Origin: a virus
Length of the DNA: 38,677 bases
Virus record (IMG/VR): IMGVR_UViG_3300049437_000037
Reading direction: 5' to 3' (one strand)
Part shown: positions 14,135 through 23,270 of the stretch, piece by piece
How the letters are laid out: each line of letters begins with the position of its first letter
Numbering within the stretch: the first letter of the stretch is position 1
Made by a program: the position numbers and the translations under genes
Notes under the pieces: model-generated
Database searches by the model: none
What the model was told of the DNA's origin: nothing
Seen by the model: only the letters and a program-made list of their open reading frames with translations

Positions 14135-14647
14135 ATGCCAGTCGACTATGTGGCGGTGCTGGTGGTGGCGCTTCTCGCAGTCACCGCAGCCGGGGTGGGA
14201 GTGACGGTAGTCTCAATCGTGTGGCTCATGCGCCGGCAGGACACGGCCATCCACACCATGGAGCGCGATCACAGCAATGAGATTGCGCAGATCGAGCAGA
14301 AACACCAGCGCGAAACCGAGGCGCTTCGGGCAAGGACTTTCATGCTGGAGAGTCAACAGGCCATAACGCTGCAACTCCTCCAAGAGCGGAATGTGTTCCT
14401 GCCGGCGGACGTGGCGCATGTGAAGGCGAACGGGCGCAACGATCCGGTCTTCACGGCGTTGCGCGATCTGTTCACGATGGAGCAGCTTGAGGTTCTAGCG
14501 GCTGATATTGGCATACGCCTGGAAACCCTGGGTGGCCAGTCGCTGCCGGTGGTCGCCAAGCGGCTCATGGAAGAGGCGTCGCGTGATAGCAAGTACGGGG
14601 CTCTGGTTGGCGCGATCCGTTTGGCGCGCCCGAACGCGGGAGTGTGA
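14135..14647 (+). CDS. N-terminal TM anchor, coiled coil and C-terminal EAD1-like (Death-like adaptor) helical module; occupies the position where an endolysin is expected
   Basis: The TM segment is 'VAVLVVALLAVTAAGVGVTVVSIVWL'. A heptad-like segment is 'EIAQIEQKHQRETEALRARTFMLE'. The C-terminus 'LRDLFTMEQLEVLAADIGIRLETLGGQSLPVVAKRLMEEASRDSKYGALVGAIRLARPN' fits the effector-associated-domain pattern. Confidence 0.5.
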   Translation: MPVDYVAVLVVALLAVTAAGVGVTVVSIVWLMRRQDTAIHTMERDHSNEIAQIEQKHQRETEALRARTFMLESQQAITLQLLQERNVFLPADVAHVKANGRNDPVFTALRDLFTMEQLEVLAADIGIRLETLGGQSLPVVAKRLMEEASRDSKYGALVGAIRLARPNAGV

Positions 14648-14648
14648 T

Positions 14649-15176
14649 ATGCCGACACAAGCCCCACATCCATGCGCCGCCCCAGGTTGCCCGGCCCTCG
14701 TTGAGCGGGGGCGGTATTGCCCCCAGCATGCCCCCCAGTATGTAGCCCCCCACGAGGCAGCCCGAGCCACGGCGAGCGAGCGTGGCTACGGCGCACGATG
14801 GCGCCGCTTGCGCACCATGGCACTCTCGCGCAACCCGATCTGTGCTGACCCCTGGGGCGTACACGCCAAAGCTGGCCAGGTGATTGCAGCCGTGGATGTG
14901 GACCACATTCTGCCGAGGTCACAGGGTGGCCAGGATGTGTTGGAAAACTTGCAAGGGTTGTGCCACGCATGCCACAGTCGCAAGACTGTGATGAGTGACG
15001 GTGGATTCGGTCGCGAAACCCAGGCCGGAGATGACGAGGGGAGGGGGAATCAAATCTCTGGCGCCTTTGAAGCAGAGACCGCGCGCCGCGCCTTCCGCAC
15101 GCGCCCGCAGGTTTCACCAGGGGGGTATGGCGTAGGCCCGCAGGCCACGCGGCATCCCAGGAGCGGCCAGCGATGA
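14649..15176 (+). CDS. HNH endonuclease (terminase-associated)
   Basis: An N-terminal Cys cluster 'CAAPGCPALVERGRYCPQH' is followed by 'VDVDHILPRSQGGQDVLENLQGLCHACHSRKT' (H-N-H core). It sits immediately upstream of TerS with an ATGA overlap. Confidence 0.9.
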   Translation: MPTQAPHPCAAPGCPALVERGRYCPQHAPQYVAPHEAARATASERGYGARWRRLRTMALSRNPICADPWGVHAKAGQVIAAVDVDHILPRSQGGQDVLENLQGLCHACHSRKTVMSDGGFGRETQAGDDEGRGNQISGAFEAETARRAFRTRPQVSPGGYGVGPQATRHPRSGQR

Positions 15177-15667
15177 CCAGGGGACCTGCACCCAAACCCA
15201 CGGCCGTGAAGCAGCTCGCCGGCAACCCAGGCAAGCGGTCGCTGAATGGCAGCGAACCGCAGTACACGCCGGAGCTGCCCAGCGCGCCGAGACACCTGTC
15301 GAAAGTGGCCCAGCGCGAGTGGCGCCGGGTGGGGAAGCTGTTGGTGGGTGCCGGCGTGATGACGGGCGTGGATCGCGCTGTGCTGGCGCTGTATTGCCAG
15401 GCGTATGGCCGGTGGGTCGAGGCCGAAGAGAAGCTGATCGGCGAGGACGGTGTCAGCGGCCTGACTGACCTGACGCCGAACGGCATGGTCATCCAGTCGG
15501 TGTACTTGCAGATCGCGAACAAGGCGATGGAGCAGGTCAAGCGGTACGGGGCCGAGCTGGGGCTGACGCCGGCGGCGCGCACACGGATCCACGTGCAGTC
15601 GGTCGAGGCGAAGAAGAGCCTGGCGGAGATGCTGTTCGAGGGGGTGGCCGATGGCCGCGGCGGTTGA
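15173..15667 (+). CDS. terS: Terminase small subunit, P27 family
   Basis: 'GPAPKPTAVKQLAGNPGKR...EW..V...L...GV.T..D...L..YC.AY....EAE' is the typical P27-family pattern. It is positioned upstream of TerL. Confidence 0.85.
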   Translation: MTRGPAPKPTAVKQLAGNPGKRSLNGSEPQYTPELPSAPRHLSKVAQREWRRVGKLLVGAGVMTGVDRAVLALYCQAYGRWVEAEEKLIGEDGVSGLTDLTPNGMVIQSVYLQIANKAMEQVKRYGAELGLTPAARTRIHVQSVEAKKSLAEMLFEGVADGRGG

Positions 15668-17249
15668 CCGTCTCGACGAGCGCGCAGGCGAGCGCTTCTA
15701 TTTCGATGAGCGCGCGGCCATCGTGGCGGTGGCGTTCTTCGAGCGACTGTTGCATCACTCGAAGGGCGAGTGGGCCGGGCACCTGTTTACGCTGGAGCCC
15801 TGGCAGCGGCAGATCATCCGCGAGATCTTCGGCTGGAAGCGGCGCGCCGATGGCACCCGGCGCTACCGCAAGGTCTACATTGAGATCCCGAGGAAGAACG
15901 GCAAGTCAACTCTGAGCGCCGGCATCGCGCTGTTCCTGCTGATGGCCGATGGCGAGAAGGGAGCCGAGGTGTACTCGGCGGCCGCCGATCGGGAGCAGGC
16001 CGGCATCGTGTTCCGCGAGGCGAAGGCCATGGTCAGCGACTCGCCGAGCCTGGCCGAGATGGCGCAGGTCTACAAGGGCTCAATCGTCATCGAGAGCGAG
16101 CGGTCGTACTACCGCGTACTGTCGGCGGATGCGTTCACCAAGCACGGCTTGAACGCGCACGGGGTGATGATCGACGAGCTGCACGCTCAGCCCAACCGGG
16201 AGCTGTTCGACGTGCTGGTCACCTCGACCGGTGCGCGCCGGCAGCCGATGGTGGTGATGATCACCACAGCCGGCTATGACCGCGAGTCGGTCTGCTGGGA
16301 GCAACACGAGTATGCACGCAAGATTCAGCAGGGCATCATCGACGACCCCGAGTGGTACGTGGCTATTTTTGCTGCGGACGAGGCGGACGATTGGCGCGAC
16401 CCTGCGGTGTGGGCTAAGGCTAACCCCAACCTGGGCGTGTCGGTCAAGGCCGATTACCTGGAGGCTGAGGCGAAGCGGGCCGAGCAGGTGCCTGCGTACC
16501 AGAACACGTTCCGCCGGCTGCACCTGAATCAGTGGACGCAGCAGGAGACCAAGTGGCTCGACTTGGCGATGTGGGATGCCTGCGGCGAGCCGATGGACAA
16601 GGCGCTGTTGGCTGGGGCGAAGTGCTACGGCGGACTTGACCTGGCCAGCTCCAGCGACATTGCGGCGTTCGTGTTGTGTTTCAGCGCCGAGCCGGGCGAG
16701 CCGGAGCACTACACGTGGCTGCCGCACTTCTGGATTCCGAAAGACAACATGGTTCAGCGCAGCCTGAAGGACCGCGTGCCGTATGACGCTTGGGTGCGCG
16801 ACGGCCTGATGACGGCGACCGAGGGCAACGTGATCGACTTCGAGGTGATCGTGCGCGACATCGAGGCGCTCGGCGAGGTCTACGACATCGAGGAGATCGC
16901 GTTCGACCGGTGGGGCGCGTTCCAAATCTCGACCAAGCTGACCGGCATGGGGTTCACGATGGTCGGCTTCGGACAGGGGTTCGTCAGTATGAGCCAGCCG
17001 ACGAAGGATCTGTTACGGCTGACCATGGCGCGCCAGCTCAGCCACGGCGGCAACCCGGTGTTGCGTTGGATGGCTGACAACATCGTGGTCGACCAGGACG
17101 CGGCCGGCAACGTCAAGCCGAATAAGGCCAAGTCGCGGGAGAAGATCGACGGCGTGGTGGCCGGGGTGATGGCGCTCGACCGGGCGATCAAACACTGGGG
17201 CGTCGACACGGGCAGCGTGTACGCGCATCGAGGGATCAGGACCATATGA
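15651..17249 (+). CDS. terL: Terminase large subunit (Terminase_1 family)
   Basis: 532 aa. Walker A 'IPRKNGKST' is present, along with 'FTLEPWQRQIIREIFGW' and a C-terminal nuclease region. Confidence 0.95.
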   Translation: MAAAVDRLDERAGERFYFDERAAIVAVAFFERLLHHSKGEWAGHLFTLEPWQRQIIREIFGWKRRADGTRRYRKVYIEIPRKNGKSTLSAGIALFLLMADGEKGAEVYSAAADREQAGIVFREAKAMVSDSPSLAEMAQVYKGSIVIESERSYYRVLSADAFTKHGLNAHGVMIDELHAQPNRELFDVLVTSTGARRQPMVVMITTAGYDRESVCWEQHEYARKIQQGIIDDPEWYVAIFAADEADDWRDPAVWAKANPNLGVSVKADYLEAEAKRAEQVPAYQNTFRRLHLNQWTQQETKWLDLAMWDACGEPMDKALLAGAKCYGGLDLASSSDIAAFVLCFSAEPGEPEHYTWLPHFWIPKDNMVQRSLKDRVPYDAWVRDGLMTATEGNVIDFEVIVRDIEALGEVYDIEEIAFDRWGAFQISTKLTGMGFTMVGFGQGFVSMSQPTKDLLRLTMARQLSHGGNPVLRWMADNIVVDQDAAGNVKPNKAKSREKIDGVVAGVMALDRAIKHWGVDTGSVYAHRGIRTI

Positions 17250-17446
17250 ACCGCTGGGATGTGCTGGTCGCGGTGGGGGTGATCCTGCTGGCCGTGGGCG
17301 CGGCGATGATCTCGATCCCGGCCGGGCTGATTGTGGCGGGCCTGGGATGCGCGGGGTTCGGCGCCGCCGGCGCGTGGGCCGAGAGTCGCGCTCTGGGCGG
17401 ACCTGCTGGCCCTGCCCGTGGGCCGAATGGAGGTGATCAGCCGTGA
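17246..17446 (+). CDS. Hypothetical small membrane protein between terL and portal
   Basis: ATGA overlap with terL and GTGA overlap with portal. Two hydrophobic helices. Confidence 0.45.
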   Translation: MNRWDVLVAVGVILLAVGAAMISIPAGLIVAGLGCAGFGAAGAWAESRALGGPAGPARGPNGGDQP

Positions 17447-18777
17447 TTGGGGCCATGACACGACCAGCGACTCGACCGACCCAGGCACCGCCCGGCGGGA
17501 TCCTGTCGCGGCTGTTTGCCCGGCGGGCGCTAACCGAGGCGAACGCGCAGGGCCTGCTGGGATTTCTCCAGGGGTTGGGCTCACTGTGGCAGACGACCAG
17601 CGGCGCGGTGGTCACGCCCGAAGGGTCGCTGCAATCGACGACGGTGTTCGCCTGCGTGCGCGTGCTGACCGGTGCGATCGCGTCGCTGCCGATGCTGACC
17701 TATCGCCGGCGCGCCGATGGCGGCCGGGATCGAGCCACGAATCACTACCTGTACCCCGTGCTGCACGACGTGACCAACGGCGAGATGACGGCATTCGAGT
17801 GGCGCGAGTGCACGGTCGGACACCTGGCGCTGTGGGGCAACGCCTACAGCGAAATTGAAGAGAACAACGCCGGGCAGGTGATCGGCCTATGGCCGCTGCG
17901 ACCCGACCGGGTATTGCCCCGGCGCAACCCGAGCACCAAGCAAATTGAGTACGTGGTTCAGGTACCGAAGGGCGGCCCGCCGGTGGTGCTGCCGGCTGAG
18001 CGGGTGATGCACGTGCGGGGCCTGGGCACGAGTGGGCTGTTCGGCCTGTCGCCGATTCAGATGGCGCGGCAAGCGATCGGGCTCAGCCTGGCGGCCGAGG
18101 AGTTCGGCGCGCGCTTCTTTGCGAACGGCGCGACGCCCGGCCTGGTGTTGCATCACCCAGGTCTGCTGTCTGACGAAGCTTACAAGCGGCTGAAGGAAAG
18201 CTGGAAGGAACAGCACGAGGGCCTGAGCAATGCTCAGCGCACGGCGATCCTGGAGGAGGGCGTGACGGTCGAGAAGATCGGCATCCCGCCCGAGGACGCC
18301 CAGTTCCTGGAGACGCGCAAGTTCCAGGTGGCGGACATTGCGCGGGTGTATGGCATCCCGCCCCACATGGTCGGCGACGTGGAGCGGTCCACATCCTGGG
18401 GCACGGGCATCGAGCAGCAGGGCATCGGGTTTGTGACGTACACGCTCGACCCGTGGCTGGTGCGGATCGAGCAGCGGGCCGGGATGTCGCTATTGATGCC
18501 GGCTGAGCGGCGCGAGTATTTCATCCAGTTCCTGGTCGATGCGCTATTGCGGGCCGACACGCAGGCGCGGTATGCGGCCTACAACACGGCGCGGCAGGGT
18601 GGCTGGATGTCGGTGAATGAGATTCGTAGCCGAGAGAACATGAACCCGATCCCCGGTGGCGACACGTATTTGTCGCCGCTGAACATGACGCCGGTGGGCG
18701 CGCCTGCGGGTGGCGATGCCGGCGCGCCTGCGAGCGACGCCGGCGGAGGTGCAGACGATGAAGGAACGACGGTTTGA
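17443..18777 (+). CDS. Portal protein, HK97 family
   Basis: GGAGGTG lies upstream of the GTG at 17443. 444 aa. 'WGNAYSEIE...GLWPLRPDRV' and 'FLETRKFQVADIARVYGIPPHM' are typical portal motifs. Confidence 0.9.
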   Translation: MIGAMTRPATRPTQAPPGGILSRLFARRALTEANAQGLLGFLQGLGSLWQTTSGAVVTPEGSLQSTTVFACVRVLTGAIASLPMLTYRRRADGGRDRATNHYLYPVLHDVTNGEMTAFEWRECTVGHLALWGNAYSEIEENNAGQVIGLWPLRPDRVLPRRNPSTKQIEYVVQVPKGGPPVVLPAERVMHVRGLGTSGLFGLSPIQMARQAIGLSLAAEEFGARFFANGATPGLVLHHPGLLSDEAYKRLKESWKEQHEGLSNAQRTAILEEGVTVEKIGIPPEDAQFLETRKFQVADIARVYGIPPHMVGDVERSTSWGTGIEQQGIGFVTYTLDPWLVRIEQRAGMSLLMPAERREYFIQFLVDALLRADTQARYAAYNTARQGGWMSVNEIRSRENMNPIPGGDTYLSPLNMTPVGAPAGGDAGAPASDAGGGADDEGTTV

Positions 18778-19384
18778 ACTGAAGATTCCGACGAACGCGC
18801 AGGGCCACGAGGTGCGCGCCTACGACGCGCGCATGGACACCGAGGACGGCAAGCTGCGCGGGTATGCCGTGGTGTTTGATGTGCTCAGCGAGGAGATGTG
18901 GGGATTCCGCGAGCGGGTGCGGCGCGGCGCGTTTACGGCGCACCTGGCCGAGGGTGCGGACGTGCGAGCCTTGTGGCAGCACGATGTGAACTATGTGCTG
19001 GGCCGGACCAAGTCCAAGACACTGGAGCTGGTCGAGGACATCCACGGGCTGCGCAGCGTGATCGATCCGCCCGACACCCAGTGGGCGCGGGATGCGATCA
19101 CCACGATCAAGCGCGGGGATGTAGACCAGATGTCGTTCGCATTCAAGGTCGTGACGGATGAATGGAACGTCGAGGACGAAGTTCTGATCCGCACGATCGT
19201 GGACGCGAAGCTGTACGACGTTTCGCCGGTGACCTTCCCGGCGTATCCCCAAACGTCGATCAGCGCCCGTGCGGACCAGGTCCAGGTCCGGAGTGTGACG
19301 GTACCAATCACAGGTGACGACGGCGGCTCGGCGCGGCTGGCAATTCTGCGCCGGCGACTAGAGCTGGCCGAAGTTGAGATTTAG
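18758..19384 (+). CDS. Prohead maturation protease, HK97 family (S78/U35)
   Basis: 'RGYAVVFDV.S......RERV.RGAF...L....DV.ALWQHD....LGRT' and 'L.DVS.VTFPAY' are present. It lies between the portal and capsid genes. Confidence 0.9.
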   Translation: MKERRFELKIPTNAQGHEVRAYDARMDTEDGKLRGYAVVFDVLSEEMWGFRERVRRGAFTAHLAEGADVRALWQHDVNYVLGRTKSKTLELVEDIHGLRSVIDPPDTQWARDAITTIKRGDVDQMSFAFKVVTDEWNVEDEVLIRTIVDAKLYDVSPVTFPAYPQTSISARADQVQVRSVTVPITGDDGGSARLAILRRRLELAEVEI

Positions 19385-19400
19385 GCAAAGGAGTATAGAG

Positions 19401-20726
19401 ATGAACCTTCGAGAACTGAGGCAGCGCCGAGCAAACTTGATCAGCCAGGCTCGCGCGATTGTGGATGCGGCTGACACCCGGCCCGAGGAGGCGCGCGGAC
19501 TGACGGCCGAGGAACAGACCCGGTACGACGCGCTCATGCGCCAGGTCACGGAACTGGGCGCGGACATCCAGCGCCGCGAGCAACTGGAGACGATGGAGCA
19601 CGACCTGCAACAGAGCACGCGCGATCCCCAGCGGGGCGACCCGGCCGGCGCGGCCGGCGGCGCCGTCGGCACTCAGGCCCGCTCGACCGAGTGGCGGTCG
19701 CGTGGTTTGCGTGGCCTGGTCGGCCAGGATCCGGAGTGGCAGACCCAGCCCGAATGGCAGACGCCGTTGCGCTCGACTGATCCGACGTATGCGCGGGCGT
19801 ATCGCACATTCCTGCGGCGCGGTGTGGTCGCGCCTGAGCTGCGCGCGCTGCAGGCCGACAGTGACACGCTCGGCGGCTACATGATGGCGCCGATGCAGAT
19901 GGTTGACCGGCTGATCGAAGCGGTCGATAACCTGGTGTACATCCGCCAGTGGGCGAGCGTGTTCGCTGTGCCGAACGCGGATTCGCTGGGCGTGCCGTCG
20001 CTCGACACCGACGTGAGCGACCCGGCCTGGACGACCGAGCTGGCAACCGGCACCGAGGACTCCTCGGTGGCGTTCGGGCGGCGCGAACTGCACCCGCACC
20101 CGCTGGCCAAGCGGATCAAGATCAGCCGCAAGCTGCTGGCCAAGGTGCCCGACTCTGAGGCGCTGGTGATTCGCCGGCTGGCGTACAAGTTCGGCGTGAC
20201 GCAAGAGGCGGCATTCCTCACCGGGTCCGGCGCGGGTCAGCCGCTCGGCGTGTTCACGGCATCGGTCGATGGCATCCCCGTGGCGCGCGACTACTCGACC
20301 GGCAACGCGCAGACCGCGATGACGTTCGACGGGCTGATCGGAGCGAAGTACACCCTCAAGAGTCAGTACTGGCCCAATGCCCGCTGGATGTTCCATCGTG
20401 ATGGCGTAGCCCAGATCGCCAAGCTGAAGGACGGCAACGGCCAGTACATCTGGCGCGACAGCGTCCAGAATGGCGACCCGGACCGGCTGCTGGGGCTCCC
20501 GGTGGCGATGAGTGAGTATGCGCCGAACACGTTCACGGCCGGATTGTATGTGGGCATCCTGGGCGACTTCTCGAACTACTGGATCGCCGACTCGATGGCC
20601 ATGGACATGCAGCGGTTGGTCGAGCTGTACGCCGAATCGAATCAGGTCGGCCTGATCGGCCGGCTGGAGACGGACGGCATGCCGGTGCTGGGCGAGGCGT
20701 TCGTGCGCGTCAAGCTGGCCCCATAG
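19401..20726 (+). CDS. Major capsid protein, HK97 family, with an N-terminal delta/scaffold-like coiled coil
   Basis: AGGAG lies upstream of the ATG at 19401. 441 aa. 'LGGYMMAPMQMVDRLIEAVDNLVYIRQWASVF' is typical of PF05065-type capsids. Confidence 0.9.
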   Translation: MNLRELRQRRANLISQARAIVDAADTRPEEARGLTAEEQTRYDALMRQVTELGADIQRREQLETMEHDLQQSTRDPQRGDPAGAAGGAVGTQARSTEWRSRGLRGLVGQDPEWQTQPEWQTPLRSTDPTYARAYRTFLRRGVVAPELRALQADSDTLGGYMMAPMQMVDRLIEAVDNLVYIRQWASVFAVPNADSLGVPSLDTDVSDPAWTTELATGTEDSSVAFGRRELHPHPLAKRIKISRKLLAKVPDSEALVIRRLAYKFGVTQEAAFLTGSGAGQPLGVFTASVDGIPVARDYSTGNAQTAMTFDGLIGAKYTLKSQYWPNARWMFHRDGVAQIAKLKDGNGQYIWRDSVQNGDPDRLLGLPVAMSEYAPNTFTAGLYVGILGDFSNYWIADSMAMDMQRLVELYAESNQVGLIGRLETDGMPVLGEAFVRVKLAP

Positions 20727-20809
20727 GCTGTCACTGTTCCTGTGGTTTGACCTGAGATTTGACCTGATGGGGCGCCGGTAAGGTCCGGCGCTCCAGGAGA
20801 TAGAGAGAC

Positions 20810-21253
20810 ATGAACCTGATTACGAGCGTCAAGATTGAGGAAGTCGGCGCGCCGGTGGCCAACGCGAACAACACCGACCAGAACAGCGACCGGCTCGACA
20901 TGAGCGGATGGGACGGCGTGGTGTTCATCGTGCCGATCACCGACTGCGTGCAGGCCGGCGTGGCAACGCTGAAGGTCGAAGAGAACACGTCGGACAGCGA
21001 CACGGGCATGACTGCGCTGACCGGCGCGACGGCCACGGCCACGTCGGCGGGCAACGACGACCTGAACAACATGCTGTTGGTGGTCGATGTGTATCGCCCG
21101 CGCGAGCGGTATGTGCAGGGCGTGATCACCTCGGCGACGCAGAACATCGCGTTCGGCAACACCATCGCGATCCGCTACCAGGGCCGCAAGCTACCGATCA
21201 CCGAGGCGGCGAGCATCGCCGATTCGGCCATCGTGATCAGCCCGGCTGAATAG
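20810..21253 (+). CDS. Hypothetical head-module protein (possible decoration or accessory)
   Basis: AGGAGA lies upstream of the ATG. 147 aa, beta-rich, directly downstream of the capsid gene. Confidence 0.55.
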   Translation: MNLITSVKIEEVGAPVANANNTDQNSDRLDMSGWDGVVFIVPITDCVQAGVATLKVEENTSDSDTGMTALTGATATATSAGNDDLNNMLLVVDVYRPRERYVQGVITSATQNIAFGNTIAIRYQGRKLPITEAASIADSAIVISPAE

Positions 21254-21324
21254 CGCTGCCGTTTGTGGATGGATGAATGGCGCGCCGGTCGTTTGTGGGC
21301 CGGCGCGCAGGATGGAGATGACAG

Positions 21325-21921
21325 ATGGCAGACCTTTCCTACACGGCCAAGGTATACGAGCAGCAAGGCGGCGAGCGGTTGGTGGTGGCCAGCGGCGGGT
21401 CGCTCGACGTGGAGTCGGGCGGCGAGATCGACATCGAGTCCGGCGGGTCGTTGAAGATCGCCGGCACGGCGTTGACAACGACGGCGGCAGAGCTAAACAC
21501 GCTGCACTCCCCGCCGGCGTATGCGGACGGGTTGGCGATTCAGGTGGCGCGATTCACGTTCGACCCGTCGCTGACGGCGGGCATGCGGACCATTGCCGCG
21601 CACGGACTGGGCGTGAGCCTGCCGGCTAAGGCGATCATCCTGGACGGCGTGATCGATGTGGTGACCACGTTCACGAGCGCGGGCGCCGATGCCGGCACGA
21701 TCGCGATCAGCGTCGAGGGCGCGAATGACATCGTGACGGCAGTCGCTATCGCGGACGGTGGCAACCCCTGGGACGCCGGGCTGCACATGATCATCCCTGT
21801 CGTGAGCGTGGCCACGATGGTGAAGACGACCGTGGCCCGCGAGATCACGGCGACGGTGGCCGTGCAAGCGTTGACGGCCGGCAAGCTGCACGGGTTCCTG
21901 CGCTACGTCGTGAGCGAGTGA
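21325..21921 (+). CDS. Hypothetical head-module protein with an N-terminal 'SGGSLDVESGGEIDIESGGSLKI' repeat
   Basis: 198-aa ORF with high GC3 in the head module. Confidence 0.55.
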   Translation: MADLSYTAKVYEQQGGERLVVASGGSLDVESGGEIDIESGGSLKIAGTALTTTAAELNTLHSPPAYADGLAIQVARFTFDPSLTAGMRTIAAHGLGVSLPAKAIILDGVIDVVTTFTSAGADAGTIAISVEGANDIVTAVAIADGGNPWDAGLHMIIPVVSVATMVKTTVAREITATVAVQALTAGKLHGFLRYVVSE

Positions 21922-21928
21922 GGCACCT

Positions 21929-22306
21929 ATGTACGCAGAGCGACATGTGGTGACGGTGACGACCATCGCGGACGGGTCGGCGACAGCCTATTCGCCGGTG
22001 ATCACGGGCCGGATCGTCTCGATCCGCTACGTCAAGCCGGCGCAGGGCGGATTCGATAACGGCGTGGGGTTCACGATCACGGCCGAGGCGACCGGAGAAA
22101 CGATCTGGGCTGAGGCGGCGGTGAACGCATCGGCCACCCGCGCGCCGCGCCAGGCCACGCACTCGACGGCGGGTGTGGCGGCTCTGTTTGCGGCGGGCGG
22201 GACGGCCGTCGGCGACGCGATCGTGCTGGCTCAGGACCGGGTCAAGATCGTAGTGGCGGCGGGCGGCAATGTGCTGACCGGCACGTTCCACATTCTGGTG
22301 GCCTGA
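21929..22306 (+). CDS. Hypothetical structural-module protein
   Basis: 125-aa ORF, closely packed in the head module. Confidence 0.55.
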   Translation: MYAERHVVTVTTIADGSATAYSPVITGRIVSIRYVKPAQGGFDNGVGFTITAEATGETIWAEAAVNASATRAPRQATHSTAGVAALFAAGGTAVGDAIVLAQDRVKIVVAAGGNVLTGTFHILVA

Positions 22307-22573
22307 ATGAGCAGAGTCAAACTCTTGACACTGATGGCCGGCCCGACTGGTGTGTTCCAGCCCGGCCAGATCGTGACCATTTCCACGGACATGGCGACGG
22401 CGCTGGTGGCCGGCGGATACGCCGAGATGGTCGACCAGGTCGCCGACCCGGTCGAGGCGAGTGGATTGCCGGCGGCGGCGCCCAGCGGCGGGCCACCTGT
22501 TGAGCTGGCGATAGACGTGGCGCCTGAGACGGCGACCGCACCTGCGCAACGTCGGCGAGGGCGCAAACCATAG
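22307..22573 (+). CDS. Hypothetical protein
   Basis: The ATG immediately follows the previous stop. 88 aa. Confidence 0.5.
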   Translation: MSRVKLLTLMAGPTGVFQPGQIVTISTDMATALVAGGYAEMVDQVADPVEASGLPAAAPSGGPPVELAIDVAPETATAPAQRRRGRKP

Positions 22574-22679
22574 ACGGCTGTGCGGTTTTGCGGACGGCCG
22601 CATAGCCGCTCCTCCTGACACCTGGCCGGGTGGAGGCGCGATGTGCGGGCATCGAGCTGCCCGGCCAGGCGAAATAACT

Positions 22680-23270
22680 ATGAGCGCGATCACAGTCATC
22701 ACAGGACCGATCAGTGAGCCGGTGAGCCTGGCCGAGGCCAAGGCGCAATGCCGCGTCGATGTGACCGATGACGACGCGCTGCTCACGGCCCTAATCGTGG
22801 CGGCGCGCGAAGAGGTCGAGCGGCACACCTGGCACGCCATGGTCAGCCAGACGCTGGAGCTGGTACTCGATCGCTGGCCGGCGTGCACGTTTGTCGAATT
22901 GCCCAGGCCGCCTTTGGCGAGCGTGACATCGATCAAATACAAGGATGCCGATGGCACAGAGACCACGTGGAACAGCGCGAACTACATCGTCGCGGCAGCT
23001 CACATTCCGGGCCGGGTGGTCCTGGCTGACGGCGCAAGCTGGCCGAGTGACACGCTGTACCCGACTGAGGCGATCCGCATCAGGTACGTGGCCGGGTGGG
23101 CGAGCGCGGCGGTCGTGCCGCAATCGCTGAAGCAGTCCATGTTGATGCTGATCGCGCACTGGTACGAGATGCGCGAGGCGGCTGTCGCCACGGGCGCGAT
23201 CCCGAAGGACGTGCCGTTCGGGGTGGATGTGTTGCTGGGTTCGTTTCGCGAGAGGGCGCGGTCAAGATGA
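22680..23270 (+). CDS. Head-tail connector protein (gp6-like / DNA-packaging family)
   Basis: 'VSLAEAKAQCRVDVTDDDALLTALIVAAREEVERHT' is the typical gp6-like N-terminus. Confidence 0.8.
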   Translation: MSAITVITGPISEPVSLAEAKAQCRVDVTDDDALLTALIVAAREEVERHTWHAMVSQTLELVLDRWPACTFVELPRPPLASVTSIKYKDADGTETTWNSANYIVAAAHIPGRVVLADGASWPSDTLYPTEAIRIRYVAGWASAAVVPQSLKQSMLMLIAHWYEMREAAVATGAIPKDVPFGVDVLLGSFRERARSR

